In this document: positions 1 to 9,869 of the stretch, piece by piece
Position numbering within the stretch: the first letter of the stretch is position 1
Layout: every line of letters starts with the position of its first letter
Assembly (NCBI GenBank): GCA_964291475.2
Contig: OZ220066.1
Coordinates: forward strand, 35,726-99,725
From: Dehalococcoidia bacterium
Lineage (GTDB): Bacteria > Chloroflexota > Dehalococcoidia > SHYB01
Direction of reading: 5' to 3'
Length of the DNA stretch: 64,000 nt
Position numbers and translations under genes: made by a program
The notes under the pieces: generated by a model
Told to the model about the DNA's origin: nothing
What the model saw: only the letters and a program-made list of their open reading frames with translations
Databases searched by the model: none

Positions 1-1196
1 TCCTCGTCGATCTCCCGCGCCGAGGTGCGGGCGGAGACCATGATGTACCGCGAACCGGCCCCTTCGGCTATGGGAGGCGAAAGTTCGCCGATGGGCAGGC
101 CGCGGAGCACCTCGTCGAAGAGGCCGTCGAAGTCGCCCTCCGTGACGACGCCCAGGCTGCCACGGGCCGCGCGCAGATCGGGGTCGGTCGAGATCTCGGC
201 CGCCAGGTCTTCGAAGCGCCTTCCTTCGAGCTGGTTCCGGATGTCGCGGGCGGCGCTCAGGTCGGGGACCTTGATGGCGTGGAGCTCGGCGGTCTCTACG
301 TCGATGCGGCGGGTCAGCCGGACCATGTAGTACTCGCCGTCTTCCGCCTGGATCGGGTTGCTCAACTCGCCAACATCGAGCCCGAAGAGATACTCGTCGT
401 AGCGCTGATGCACCGTTCGCGGCACCCATCCCAGGCGCCCGCCGTCGGCGCGGCTGTCAGGGTCGGCCGAATATTGGAGGGCTATCTTCGCGAAGTCCTC
501 GGTGCTGTCCCTGAGCGCCGCCTCGATCTGGTCGGCAAGTGCGAGGTCGGCGACCTCGATCATATGGACCTCGGCGTGAGACTGCACGAGTTGGATGTCC
601 CGCCCCAAGCGCTCACGAAGCTGACCGCGCATCAGGTCGACCTCGACCAGCGAGCGGTAGGTGTCGAGGGACAGTTGCGTCGTTGAAAGATAGTTGCTGA
701 GCGCCGCCTCGTAGTCCCGCCGCAGCTGACCTTCGATGGGCTGCCCTTCGGAGCCGGGCACCAGCCGCCGCAGGATCTCCGCCTCGATCTCGGCATCGGT
801 GGCCGACAGGCCTTCCCTGGGGGCGGCCTGGCGGACGAGCTCATTGTGCGCGAGGTTCTGCATGAGCTCGTAGGGGGCCACGCCGGGGTTGAACGTTCCG
901 CCGTAGGACTGCGCGTAGAGGCGCTGCGACTTGAGTATGGAGGTGTACTCGCTCTGGCTGACGCTGACCTCGTTCACCTGGAGGATGGGCGGGTCTTCGC
1001 TCTGGATCGTGGCGTAGACGGCGATGGCGATCACGATCATCGCGGCGAACGCGCCGGCGGGCGCCAGGAACTTCCAAGAAAGCCTGCGCGTCCCGGTCGG
1101 CGGTCGGCGCCTGCGGCTGAGCGTGATTGGGGGCGGCTCGGGGGCCCGCGGCTGGCGGCCCGGTTCCCGGCGCCTCGACCGGCGTCTACTCGGCAC
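1..1196 (-). CDS. Membrane-anchored peptidyl-prolyl isomerase (PrsA/SurA-like, two parvulin domains), 3' end beyond window
   Basis: Not in the ORF track because it runs off the edge. Manual translation from GTG at 1196 gives an Arg-rich N-terminus, a TM helix (FLAPAGAFAAMIVIAIAVY) and two parvulin motifs: EDFAKIALQYSADPDSRADGGRLGWV and FEDLAAEISTDPDLRAARGSLGVV. Confidence 0.85.
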   Translation of the reverse strand, partial: MPSRRRSRRREPGRQPRAPEPPPITLSRRRRPPTGTRRLSWKFLAPAGAFAAMIVIAIAVYATIQSEDPPILQVNEVSVSQSEYTSILKSQRLYAQSYGGTFNPGVAPYELMQNLAHNELVRQAAPREGLSATDAEIEAEILRRLVPGSEGQPIEGQLRRDYEAALSNYLSTTQLSLDTYRSLVEVDLMRGQLRERLGRDIQLVQSHAEVHMIEVADLALADQIEAALRDSTEDFAKIALQYSADPDSRADGGRLGWVPRTVHQRYDEYLFGLDVGELSNPIQAEDGEYYMVRLTRRIDVETAELHAIKVPDLSAARDIRNQLEGRRFEDLAAEISTDPDLRAARGSLGVVTEGDFDGLFDEVLRGLPIGELSPPIAEGAGSRYIMVSARTSAREIDE

Positions 1197-1235
1197 GATT
1201 CAACCTCACATCTACCCCGATGGATTCTCCCGTAG

Positions 1236-1457
1236 GAGACCTTTGCAAAACTCCCGCCGCTGGTTGGAAAACGGGTGGAGTGGGGTGGTCTTCCATCTCC
1301 CCCTCTGGGAGAGACTGCGAGAGGGCCGGGGCGGGGCTGGGAGGTCTTACCTCTTCTCGCCCCGGGAGAAGATTGAGATGAGGGGCCCCCTTACAGCCGC
1401 CAGGGGTTGCCAAAGCTCGCCTCCCTCGCGCGCCCAGCCCGGTTACGCAAGGGTCTC
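1236..1457. mobile_element. MITE-like element with 16-bp terminal inverted repeats, carrying REP-like hairpins
   Basis: GAGACCTTTGCAAAAC (1236-1251) and GTTACGCAAGGGTCTC (1442-1457) match 13/16. Internal modules are shared with other intergenic loci in the window. Confidence 0.7.
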
Positions 1458-1554
1458 TGATGGGCGCGCCTCCGCTAACGTGGGAGATCAGCATACGGGA
1501 GTGTACGAACGGGCCGCCTGGGCGGGTTTCGCCGGTGCCGTGCATGGCCCCGGC

Positions 1555-1968
1555 TTAGCCGCGCCGCGGCCTCTCGTAGGAGATCCCGGTCTCGAGAATG
1601 TGGCCGATGGTATAGGGGAGCAGCGCGAGGTGCCGGGCGCGCTTGAGCGCCATCGCGAGCGGGCGTTGGTATTTCGCGGAGACGCCCGTCTTGCGCCGCG
1701 GCTCGATGCGGCCGCGGTCGGAGATGAAGCGCTTCAGCATGTCGACGGCTTTGTAGTCGATGTGGGTCAGGTGCCCCGCCTTGAACGGGCAGACCTTGCG
1801 CCTGGGGAAGTAACGCGGCCGGCCTTTGCGGTCGCGGCCCCGGCCCCCGCCGCCGGGAGGTCGGCCGCCGCCTGGGCCGCCGGGCCTTGGGGCGCCTGGG
1901 CTCGTGCTGGGGGCTCCGGCGGCCGCCGGCGCCCGCGCGGGAGGCGTGGTCGTGGTCTCGTCTGCCAT
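1555..1968 (-). CDS. rpsR: 30S ribosomal protein S18 with Pro/Gly/Arg-rich N-terminal extension
   Basis: RRKVCPF...IDYK...[18 protein letters not shown]...[17 protein letters not shown]; located in rpsF-ssb-rpsR operon. Confidence 0.97.
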   Translation of the reverse strand: MADETTTTPPARAPAAAGAPSTSPGAPRPGGPGGGRPPGGGGRGRDRKGRPRYFPRRKVCPFKAGHLTHIDYKAVDMLKRFISDRGRIEPRRKTGVSAKYQRPLAMALKRARHLALLPYTIGHILETGISYERPRRG

Positions 1969-2011
1969 GGTCTCTACGGTCTCCGTCTCTATCGAAGGGC
2001 TACGCTTAAGT

Positions 2012-2419
2012 CTAGAAGGGAAGGTCGTCGGCGTCTACGTTGCCGCCGCCGGCAGGGGCGCCGTATTCCCCTCTCGCTTCTCCGCCACCGCCTTCGCCGG
2101 GACGGTCGAGGAAGACGACCTCGTTGGCGGTGATCTCGTTCCGATGCCGGGTCATGCCGTCCTGGCCTTCCCAACTGCGGCTACGAAAACGGCCTTCCAC
2201 GTAGACTTTGCTTCCTTTGGTCACGTACTGGCTGACTATCTCGCCCAAGCGTCCGAATGCCGTCACGTTGAACCATTCGGTCTCTTCCCTGCGCTCGCCG
2301 CCGGAGGTGTACCTGCGGTTGGTGGCGACGGAGAACTCAGTCAGCGCGGCGCCGTTCGGGGTGTAGCGCATTTCGGGGTCACGCCCCACGTTTCCAATCA
2401 CGGTGATTTTGTTGAACAT
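2012..2419 (-). CDS. ssb: Single-stranded DNA-binding protein
   Basis: [23 protein letters not shown]...ETEWF; C-terminal DDLPF. Confidence 0.98.
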   Translation of the reverse strand: MFNKITVIGNVGRDPEMRYTPNGAALTEFSVATNRRYTSGGERREETEWFNVTAFGRLGEIVSQYVTKGSKVYVEGRFRSRSWEGQDGMTRHRNEITANEVVFLDRPGEGGGGEARGEYGAPAGGGNVDADDLPF

Positions 2420-2436
2420 GCTGCCTCCGAAACGTG

Positions 2437-2742
2437 CTACTTGCGGACGATGGCCGTGTCCTCAGCCTTGACGATGAGGTGCCGGATGACCTCTTCGGTG
2501 AGCTTGAGGTTCGACTCCACTTCCGCGATGGCCTCGGGGCCGCTGCTGAAATCTATCTGGACGTAGGTGGCCTCTTCGAAGTCCTGAATGTAGTAGGCCA
2601 ACTTCCGCCGGCCCCACGGGTTCACGTTGCCGATGGTGCCGTCGCGGGAGGTGATGAATTGCTTCACCCGGTCGACGACGCCGTCGACCTCATCGTCCGA
2701 GACCTGCGGGCTTATCAGGACCACTAGTTCGTAATCGCGCAC
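2437..2742 (-). CDS. rpsF: 30S ribosomal protein S6
   Basis: MRDYELVVLISP...WGRRKLAYYI...EEVIRHLIVK. Confidence 0.97.
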   Translation of the reverse strand: MRDYELVVLISPQVSDDEVDGVVDRVKQFITSRDGTIGNVNPWGRRKLAYYIQDFEEATYVQIDFSSGPEAIAEVESNLKLTEEVIRHLIVKAEDTAIVRK

Positions 2743-2833
2743 GCGCCGTTTTCTCCTTCTCTATCAGGGAAGGCTCCAGGAGGACGACCCTCTCGGAGCG
2801 AAGGAATTATAGCATGGGGTCAGGGGGCGGCAA
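2743..2833 (-). promoter_or_regulatory. rpsF operon promoter and structured leader (possible S6:S18 autoregulatory site)
   Basis: TTGCCG (2833-2828), 16 bp, TG-C-TATAAT (-10 at 2811-2806). In the leader, CTCCT can pair with the SD AGGAG around an inner CCTTC/GAAGG stem. Confidence 0.55.
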
Positions 2834-2891
2834 GGAGCGGATGTCACAGTCCGGCGCGGCGCTTTGAACCTGTTGGCGCGGATCGGAGGCG

Positions 2892-4148
2892 CTAGGCGGC
2901 GTCGTCGATGCCGGGGAGCGGGAAGCTGCTCGCCAGCGCCTGCGCTTCGGCGCGCACCGCCGCGACCTCGGCCTCGTCGTCGCGGCCCTTGATCGCCCGC
3001 GCGATCAGCTCCGCCGTCTTCCGCATCTCCTCGACCCCGAAGCCGCGCGTGGTCACCGCCGGCGTGCCCAGACGCAGCCCGCTGGTGACGCGGGGCGGCT
3101 GGGTGTCGAAGGGGATCGCGTTCTTGTTCACCGTGATGTGCGCCGATTCCAGCAGCGTCTCCGCCTCCTGGCCCGTGACGCCCACCGGTGTCAGGTCGAC
3201 GAGCATCAGGTGGTTGTCGGTGCCGCCGCTGACGATGCGGAAGCCGTGCTCCCGCAGCCCAGCGCTGAGGGCGCGGGCGTTGTCGATGACCGCCTGCTGG
3301 TAGGCGATGAAATCGGGGCGCAGCGCCTCGCCGAAGGCCACGGCCTTGGCGGCGATGACGTGCATCAAGGGCCCGCCCTGGAGCCTCGGGAAGACGGCCT
3401 TGTCGATGGCGCCCTTGAACTGGGAGTTCGTCAGGACCAAACCGCCGCGCGGCCCGCGCAGCGTCTTGTGCGTGGACGAGGTGACGACGTCGGCGTGCGG
3501 CGTCGGTGAGGGGTGGAGCCCGGCGGCGATGATGCCGGCGGGATGCGCCATGTCGACCATGAGCCGCGCATCGACCGCGTCGGCGATGGCGCGGAACCGG
3601 GCGAAGTCGATGGTGCGGGGGTAGGCGGTGGCGCCGGCGACGATGAGCGCGGGCCGGTGCTCCTTGGCCAGGCGCTCGATCTCCTCGTAGTCGAGCAGCT
3701 CCGACTCACGGTCGACGCCGTAGGAGGCGAAGTTGTAGAGGACGCCGGAGAAGTTGACGGGGCTGCCGTGGGTGAGGTGGCCGCCCTGGTCGAGCCGCAT
3801 GCCGAGGACGGTGTCGCCGGGCTTGAGCAGGGCGAAGTAGGCCGCCATGTTGGCCTGGGCGCCGCTGTGGGGCTGGACGTTGGCGTGCTCCGCGCCGTAG
3901 AGCTCCTTCGCGCGGTCGATGGCAAGCTGCTCGCCGATGTCGACGAACTGGCAGCCGCCGTAGTAGCGCTTGCCCGGGTAGCCTTCGGCGTACTTGTTCG
4001 TGAGCGGCGAGCCGAGCATCTCCAGCACGGGCCCGCTCGCGTAGTTTTCCGACGCGATGAGGACGATGTTGCCGCGCTGCCGGTCGATCTCCCGGTCGAG
4101 CGCCTGGGCGATTTCGGGGTCGCGTTCGTGCAGCGTCGTGGAGATCAA
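2892..4148 (-). CDS. glyA: Serine hydroxymethyltransferase
   Basis: [49 protein letters not shown]-lysine motif. Confidence 0.98.
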   Translation of the reverse strand: MISTTLHERDPEIAQALDREIDRQRGNIVLIASENYASGPVLEMLGSPLTNKYAEGYPGKRYYGGCQFVDIGEQLAIDRAKELYGAEHANVQPHSGAQANMAAYFALLKPGDTVLGMRLDQGGHLTHGSPVNFSGVLYNFASYGVDRESELLDYEEIERLAKEHRPALIVAGATAYPRTIDFARFRAIADAVDARLMVDMAHPAGIIAAGLHPSPTPHADVVTSSTHKTLRGPRGGLVLTNSQFKGAIDKAVFPRLQGGPLMHVIAAKAVAFGEALRPDFIAYQQAVIDNARALSAGLREHGFRIVSGGTDNHLMLVDLTPVGVTGQEAETLLESAHITVNKNAIPFDTQPPRVTSGLRLGTPAVTTRGFGVEEMRKTAELIARAIKGRDDEAEVAAVRAEAQALASSFPLPGIDDAA

Positions 4149-4251
4149 GTCGCGCCTCTTTCTTGCCGCTTCGGCGGGTCCGGGGCCTTACGTACAGAGA
4201 CCCCCGCCCAAGCCGGCGGGGGCCCCGCAGCGGCCTGCACCGTTCACATAA

Positions 4252-4281
4252 AGTCTAGGCCCCGCACAGAAGGGGTGTCAA
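4252..4281 (-). promoter_or_regulatory. sigma70-type promoter for glyA
   Basis: TTGACA (4281-4276), 18 bp, TAGACT (4257-4252). Confidence 0.6.
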
Positions 4282-4328
4282 TCAGATGCTGCCCTTCTCG
4301 GACGCTGTTTCCCGCGTAGAATATCGGC

Positions 4329-5258
4329 ATGCGCCGTATCGCCGTGACCGGTTCGTCGGGGTACCTAGGCTCCCGGCTCGTCGCCCGCCTTGCGGAGCAC
4401 GACGACGTCGAGACCATCGTCGGCGTCGACTTCCGCCCGCCGGGCGATTCCCCCGCCAAGCTCCGCTTCTACGAACGGGACGTCGCCACTCCCTTCTCCG
4501 AGGTGTTCGAGAAGGAGCGCGTCGACACGGCGGTCCACCTCGCGTTCGTGGTCGGACCATCGCGCGACCACCGGCGCGTGCGCGGGGTGGGCCTGGACGG
4601 CGCCCACAACTTTCTCAATGGCTGCCGCGCCGCCGGCGTCGAGCAGGTCATCTACATGAGCAGTTCCTCGGCCTATGGCGCGCACCCCGATAATCCCGAG
4701 CCGCTGACGGAGGCGTCGCCGCTGCGGCCCAACAACGCCTTCCTCTACTCCCGCTACAAGGCGGCGTCGGACGATCTTTTCCGGGAGTTCGCCGAGGAGC
4801 ACCCCGCGACGAACGTCACGGTGCTGCGCGGCTGCCCCGTGATCGGCCCCGGCGGCCATGCCGCGGCCGGCGCTACGATCTTTCAGCGGGTGATGCTCCG
4901 CGTCGCCGGCCATGACCCCCCGACGCAGTTCGTACACGAAGACGATCTCATCGAGGTCCTCGTTCACGCGATGGAGCGCCGGGTGCGCGGCGTCTTCAAC
5001 ACCGCCGGCGACGGCTTCATCCGCTACGCGCACCTTGCCAAGCTCGCCGACCGGCCGATGGTCGCACTTCCCTACCCGATCATCGCGCCCTTGCTGGAGG
5101 CGACGTGGCACGCCCGTCTGCAGGGGTCGGGCGCCGCCGTGGGCCTGCGCTACATCATGTACCCGTGGGTCGTCGACAACCGGCGTTTCTGCGAGCAGAC
5201 GGGCTTCTCGTACCGCTATTCGAGCGAGGATGCGGTGCGCGCGCTCTTCCCCGGCTAG
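4329..5258 (+). CDS. NAD-dependent epimerase/dehydratase (extended SDR)
   Basis: TGSSGYLG Rossmann motif, SSSSAYG, YSRYK (YxxxK). Confidence 0.9.
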   Translation: MRRIAVTGSSGYLGSRLVARLAEHDDVETIVGVDFRPPGDSPAKLRFYERDVATPFSEVFEKERVDTAVHLAFVVGPSRDHRRVRGVGLDGAHNFLNGCRAAGVEQVIYMSSSSAYGAHPDNPEPLTEASPLRPNNAFLYSRYKAASDDLFREFAEEHPATNVTVLRGCPVIGPGGHAAAGATIFQRVMLRVAGHDPPTQFVHEDDLIEVLVHAMERRVRGVFNTAGDGFIRYAHLAKLADRPMVALPYPIIAPLLEATWHARLQGSGAAVGLRYIMYPWVVDNRRFCEQTGFSYRYSSEDAVRALFPG

Positions 5259-6034
5259 CGTCCGTTCTCGTATTCCGAGAAGAAGTCGAGCAGCGCCGCG
5301 TTGAAGACGTCGGGCTTCTCGAAGTAGACGGAGTGGCCCGCGCCGGGCACCTCGAGCCAGCGCGCGTCGGGGAACATCTCGTAGCCCATGCGGATGGCGG
5401 CGAGCGGCGCGATGCGGTCCTCGGCGCCGGCGATGAAGAGCGCGGGTATGGCGAAGCCGGCGAGGTCGGCGGCGGTGGCGCCGGGGACATTGTTATTCCA
5501 GTAGAAGGTCTTGGGCCGCGGCTTGTTGTAGCCGCGGATGAGCTTGTAGAGGAAGCCGAGATCGGGCCGCTCCCGCCACGTGTTCTCCGAGAGCGCCGCG
5601 CGCAGGCGGTCGGCGCCCACGGCTTCGCTCGCCTCCCGCCGCGCCGTGTCGAGCGCGGGTGAGCGCAGGTTGGCCAGCGTGTCGGCGAGAACGATCCCCC
5701 GCGTGCGTTCGGGGTAGCGCCGGGCGAAGTCGAGCGTCGTCCGTCCCCCCATCGATTGCCCGACGACAAAGGCGGGCTCGCTCAGACCCAGGTGGTCGAG
5801 CAGGCCGAGGACGTCGTCGGCGAAGGCCTCGGCGTAGGGGCCGCCCTCCGGCAGCTTGGTGTTGCAAAAGCCGCGCTGGTCGAGGATGACGCAGGTGTAG
5901 CGTTGCGCCAGGACGGGGACCTGCTGCCACCAGCTCAGGTGGTTGCCGCCGACGCCGTGGCAGAGCACGACGGGGATGCCCGAGCCTTCGACCTCGTAGA
6001 AGAGCTCGACACCGTTGACGGGGGCGTAGGGCAT
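5255..6034 (-). CDS. Alpha/beta fold hydrolase
   Basis: HGVGG oxyanion motif, GQSMGG nucleophile, GAEDRI, AGHSVYFE. Confidence 0.92.
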   Translation of the reverse strand: MPYAPVNGVELFYEVEGSGIPVVLCHGVGGNHLSWWQQVPVLAQRYTCVILDQRGFCNTKLPEGGPYAEAFADDVLGLLDHLGLSEPAFVVGQSMGGRTTLDFARRYPERTRGIVLADTLANLRSPALDTARREASEAVGADRLRAALSENTWRERPDLGFLYKLIRGYNKPRPKTFYWNNNVPGATAADLAGFAIPALFIAGAEDRIAPLAAIRMGYEMFPDARWLEVPGAGHSVYFEKPDVFNAALLDFFSEYENGR

Positions 6035-6151
6035 AGTCGCCGAGACTATAGCCGCGTCGCGGAAAGGCTGTCAAAGCAGTTGCGCCGCTTGGCCGGTGCG
6101 GCGCAGAATGGGGCGGCATCGACCGGCTGCGTGGCGGTCGCGGGGAACCCC

Positions 6152-6622
6152 ATGGAACACGACTTTCGCGACTTCTTCGAGCGCTACTTGGACGACGTGC
6201 ACGTCGGCGACCGGTTCCGCCATTGGCCGGGCCGCACGATCTCGCAGGCGGCAGCCGACCAGTTCTGCTACTGGACGTCGAACCCACAGCCGCTCCACCT
6301 CGACGCCGAGTACGCCGCCGCCTCCCAGCATGGCCGGGTGCTGGTGAACGGCATCCTCGTCTTCGCCATCGCCGTCGGGCTCAGCGTCCCCAATCTCAGC
6401 GGCAACACGATCGCCAATCTGGGATTCGAGCGCGTCGACCACCACGCTCCGACGTTCATCGGCGACACGATCTACGCCGAGACCGAGGTCCTCGAGGTGC
6501 GGGCCTCGGCCAGCCGCCCGGACCGCGGCATCGTGAAGGTGCGGACGGAGGCGAGCAACCAGCGCGGCGAGACCGTGCTCAGCTATCTGCGCACCTTCAT
6601 GCTGCCCCGCCGCCCCGCCTGA
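6152..6622 (+). CDS. MaoC-family dehydratase
   Basis: Start trimmed to ATG 6152. GDRFRHWPGRTI...NPQPLHLDAEYA...PTFIGDTIYAETEV hot-dog fold. Confidence 0.88.
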   Translation: MEHDFRDFFERYLDDVHVGDRFRHWPGRTISQAAADQFCYWTSNPQPLHLDAEYAAASQHGRVLVNGILVFAIAVGLSVPNLSGNTIANLGFERVDHHAPTFIGDTIYAETEVLEVRASASRPDRGIVKVRTEASNQRGETVLSYLRTFMLPRRPA

Positions 6623-6687
6623 TGCCTCCGGCGTAACCGCGGTGGTGCTATCCTGATTACGGCGTTGTTGGACGCCGGACGAACGAC

Positions 6688-7332
6688 ATGAAGCTCAAGC
6701 TGAACGAGCAGGGGCTGATCCCCGCCATCGCGCAGGACCGCCGGACGAAGGAGATCCTGATGGTGGCCTACATGTCCCCTGAATCGCTGGCCAAGACCAT
6801 CGAGACCGGCGAGGCGTGGTTCTACAGCCGCAGCCGCCGGTCGCTGTGGCGCAAGGGCGAGACGTCGGGCAACGTCATCAGCGTCGAGCGCATCGAGGTC
6901 GATTGCGATGCCGACACGCTGGTGCTGAAGGGCGACCCCGCGGGCCCCGCCTGCCACACCGGCAAGCCCACCTGCTTCTTCCAAGACTTGGACGGTAGAC
7001 AGGTCGCCGTGGGCGACATCGAGTTCGACACCGGCGGCCGCGACGTCGTCGCCGAGCTGTTCGAGACGATCGAGCGGCGGAAGCGCGAGCGGCCCGAAGG
7101 CAGCTACGTCGCCAAGCTCCTGACCGACGGCGTGGACCGCATCGGCAAGAAGGTCCTCGAAGAGGCGGGCGAGGCGGTCATCGCCGCCAAGAACGGGGTC
7201 AAGGAGGAGACGGTGCACGAGGTGGCCGACCTCTGGTTCCACAGCCTCGTCCTCCTCGCCGACGCCGGGCTGACTCCCGAAGACATCTGGGAGGAGCTCC
7301 GTTCGCGCCGTCCGGCCCCGGAGCGGGAGTAG
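6688..7332 (+). CDS. hisIE: Bifunctional phosphoribosyl-AMP cyclohydrolase / phosphoribosyl-ATP pyrophosphatase
   Basis: YSRSRRSLWRKGETSGN, DCDADT, ACHTGKPTCF, KKVLEEAGE, EVADLWFH. Confidence 0.96.
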   Translation: MKLKLNEQGLIPAIAQDRRTKEILMVAYMSPESLAKTIETGEAWFYSRSRRSLWRKGETSGNVISVERIEVDCDADTLVLKGDPAGPACHTGKPTCFFQDLDGRQVAVGDIEFDTGGRDVVAELFETIERRKRERPEGSYVAKLLTDGVDRIGKKVLEEAGEAVIAAKNGVKEETVHEVADLWFHSLVLLADAGLTPEDIWEELRSRRPAPERE

Positions 7333-7338
7333 GCGCGG

Positions 7339-7638
7339 GTGCACGTTCCGAAGTCGGTGACGCTGCGGCCCGACGGCGTCCACATCGAGTGGGACGACGG
7401 CGAGCACGCCGTGATCGAACACCTTGAGCTTCGGGGGGCCTGCCCCTGCGCCGCCTGCGTCCACGAGCTCACCGGCAAGCGCATGGTCGGCCCCGGCGAG
7501 GTGCCCCAAAACGTCGAGGCGCTGGACCACATGCCTGTGGGCCGCTATGCGCTCCAACTGCTCTGGAGCGACGCCCACGACACCGGCATCTACCCCTACA
7601 ACCTGCTGCGCAGAATCTCCGGCCTGCCGGAGGACTAG
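7339..7638 (+). CDS. DUF971 / gamma-butyrobetaine hydroxylase N-terminal-like protein
   Basis: LRGACPCAAC and VGRYALQLLWSDAHDTGIY motifs. Confidence 0.85.
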   Translation: MHVPKSVTLRPDGVHIEWDDGEHAVIEHLELRGACPCAACVHELTGKRMVGPGEVPQNVEALDHMPVGRYALQLLWSDAHDTGIYPYNLLRRISGLPED

Positions 7639-7650
7639 AGCGAGGACCCC

Positions 7651-8579
7651 TTGAAGATCGGCATGCACACCGGGCAGCAGGACTGCTCGTTCGACGATCT
7701 GCGGCGCGCGTGGCGCTTCGCCGACGAGCACGGCTACGCCTGGATTTCGGTGTGGGACCACTTCTACGAAGCGCCCTACATCGACGGGCAGAGCGTGACC
7801 TACGAGACGGTCTCGGCCTTCGCCACCCTCGCCGCCGACACCAGCCGGGCCCGCCTCGGGTGCCTGGTCTTCACCCCCGGCTACCGCCCTCCCGGTCTGC
7901 TGGCCAAGATGATCACCACCATCGACCACATCTCCCACGGGCGGGCCAACCTCGGCATCGGGGCGGGCTGGCACCGCGCCGAGTACGAGGCCTACGGCTA
8001 CGAGTACGGCCCGAACCGCGAACGGCTCGACATGCTCGACGAGAGCATGCAGATCGTGCAGGGCCTGCTGACCCAGGACCGCACCACGTTCGAGGGGCGC
8101 CACTTCCGCGTCGCCGACGCGATCAACAACCCCAAGCCCGTGCAGCCGAAGCTGCCCGTGTGGGTCGGAGGCATGGGGCGCAAGCGCACCCTCCGCATCG
8201 CGGCGCGCTACGCCGACGGCTGGAACGCCGCCTACATCCCCGCCTCGCAGTTCGAGGAGCTGAACGGCGTCCTCGACGACTGGTGCGACAAGGAAGGCCG
8301 GGACCCGGCGTCCATCGAGCGCAGCGTCAACGTCGGCTTCTACATGGGCGTCGACGAGGCCGAGGCCGAAGCGATACGGTCGCGCTTCGCCGATAGCTGG
8401 AAGGGCCACCGGCGCCCCGTCGGCGACGGGATGCTGATGGGCACGGCGAGCGAGGTCGCCGAACGGCTCGGCGTCTACGCCGCCATCGGCGCGGAGAACG
8501 TCAACATCGCGATCCGGCCCCCTTCAACTGGGACGCCCTGCAGAAGTTCACCGAAGAAGTCATGCCCCAGTTCATCTAA
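7651..8579 (+). CDS. LLM-class (probably F420-dependent) oxidoreductase; one-base deletion in C-run near 3' end
   Basis: WISVWDHF, TIDHISHGRANLGIGAGW, NPKPVQPKLPVWVGG. Adding one C at 8518-8522 gives IRPPFNWDALQKFTEEVMPQFI* (TAA 8577-8579), a typical LLM end. The ORF-track version reads on into repeats. Confidence 0.85.
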
Positions 8580-8592
8580 AGCTCCAGTCCTT

Positions 8593-8755
8593 GTAGGGGC
8601 GACCCTTGTGGTCGCCCTCCCTTCCCAGCCTCTTTGGAGACCCTTGCACAACTCCCGCCGATGGTTAGGAAACGGGCGGAGCGGGGCGGTTCTTCCCTCT
8701 CCCCCTCTGGGGGAGATTTGAGAGAGGGCGCGCGCCGCCCGGCGCGCGAGCGCCC
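8593..8755. repeat. Composite repeat: GTAG-REP, MITE end, CCCTCTCCCCCTCTGGGGGAG hairpin, GCGCGCGCC module
   Basis: GTAGGGGCGACCCTTGTGGTCGCCC (8593-8617) and GAGACCCTTGCACAAC (8637); the same modules recur at 11.5, 15.6, 19.2, 22.8, 38.7 kb. Confidence 0.85.
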
Positions 8756-8944
8756 CCAATGATAGAATTCGTCGCCTTCACCATTGAGGACGGAGAGGCG
8801 CGTATGGCTGCAAAAATCTTCACCCTGGAGTCGGCTTACGGCTCCGTGAAGCCCGTCGAGGATCCCGAGGGCCTCGATGAGGTCGCCCGGAACGCCAAGG
8901 ATGCCAAGGCCGAGGAGACCGCACGAGAGCTCAGGGAGGCATGA
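8756..8944 (+). pseudogene. C-terminal remnant of AbrB/MazE-family antitoxin
   Basis: (P)NDR..VAFTIEDGEARM...FTLESAYGSVKPVEDPEGLDEVARNAK resembles the second half of AbrB-type antitoxins. The N-terminal KGQ(V/I)TIP part is absent and the repeat lies in its place. Confidence 0.5.
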
Positions 8945-9807
8945 AGGTCGGCGTCGGGCTTCCCGCCGCGGTCCCCGGTGTCTCCGGGGAGCGCATCCTC
9001 GACTGGGCGCGCAAGGTCGAGGCGGGGCCGTTCTCCAGCGTGGGCGCGCTCGACCGGCTCGTGTTCGACAACTACGAGCCGCTGATCGCGCTCGCCGCGG
9101 CCGCCGCGGTGACGAAGCGGGTGCGGCTCATGACGTCGGTGCTGCTCGCGCCGCTGCGGAGCGCCGGCATCCTCGCCAAACAGGCCGCCAGCCTCGACGC
9201 GCTCTCCGGCGGACGGCTCACGCTCGGGCTCGGCATCGGCGGGCGCGCCGACGACTTCGCCGCCGCGGACGCGGAGCTGGCGGGCCGAGGCAAACGCTTC
9301 GAGGCGATGCTGAAAACGATGAAGGGAATCTGGGAAGGCGGACCCGCCGCCGACGGCGCGGGCCCGATGGGGCCGCCGCCGGGCCGCCCCGGCGGGCCGG
9401 AGCTGCTCATCGGCGGGACCTCGCACGGGGCGGTGCGCCGCGCCGCCCGCTACGCCGACGGCTACATCTCGGGCGGCGGCGCGCCCCCGCAGATCGTCGA
9501 CGCCATCTTCAAGAAGGTGGTCGAGCAGTGGGAAGAGTCGGGGAGAGCGGGCGAACCGCGCCTTGCCGGACTCGCCTACTTCGCCCTCGGCCCCGACGCC
9601 AAGGCCCGGTCCGACGCCTACCTGACGAGCTACTACGGCTTCCTCGGCGACAGGGCGAAGATGATCGCCGACAACGTCATCGCAACCCCAGAGGCGATCC
9701 GGGCCACGGTCCGGGGCTACGAGGGCATCGGCATGGACGAGGTCACCTTCTCGCCCGCCGTTCCCGACCTCGAACAGATCGACCGCCTCGCCGACGCTCT
9801 GCCCTGA
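8941..9807 (+). CDS. LLM-class flavin-dependent oxidoreductase
   Basis: GPFSSVGALDRLVFDNYEPL, LAKQAASLDALSGGRLTLGLGIGGR, AVRRAARYADGY. Confidence 0.92.
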   Translation: MKVGVGLPAAVPGVSGERILDWARKVEAGPFSSVGALDRLVFDNYEPLIALAAAAAVTKRVRLMTSVLLAPLRSAGILAKQAASLDALSGGRLTLGLGIGGRADDFAAADAELAGRGKRFEAMLKTMKGIWEGGPAADGAGPMGPPPGRPGGPELLIGGTSHGAVRRAARYADGYISGGGAPPQIVDAIFKKVVEQWEESGRAGEPRLAGLAYFALGPDAKARSDAYLTSYYGFLGDRAKMIADNVIATPEAIRATVRGYEGIGMDEVTFSPAVPDLEQIDRLADALP

Positions 9808-9826
9808 CGCGCGCCCCCGTGGCGGC

Positions 9827-9855
9827 TTGACCCTGCTTCAGGCCGCCCCTATTCT
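9827..9855 (+). promoter_or_regulatory. Promoter of tRNA-Pro
   Basis: TTGACC, 17 bp, TATTCT, 14 nt upstream of the tRNA. Confidence 0.65.
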
Positions 9856-9869
9856 GAAGGTGCAGACTT

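Noticed and set aside
1236-1457. GAGACC/GGTCTC (BsaI sites) as cloning artefacts
   Set aside because: They are part of longer, naturally diverged 16-bp inverted repeats, one with a target duplication.
4149-4250. ZMP/ZTP riboswitch before glyA
   Set aside because: The conserved GACUGGCG / CGCCUGGG elements are not present.
6583-8409. Long opposite-strand ORFs (also 20050..22719, 33658..35391, 35352..37106, 49982..52081, 54472..56424)
   Set aside because: Antisense shadows of well-supported genes in high-GC DNA; no motifs.
8515-8525. Programmed frameshift in the LLM gene
   Set aside because: A single missing C in a homopolymer; similar deletions elsewhere point to sequencing error.
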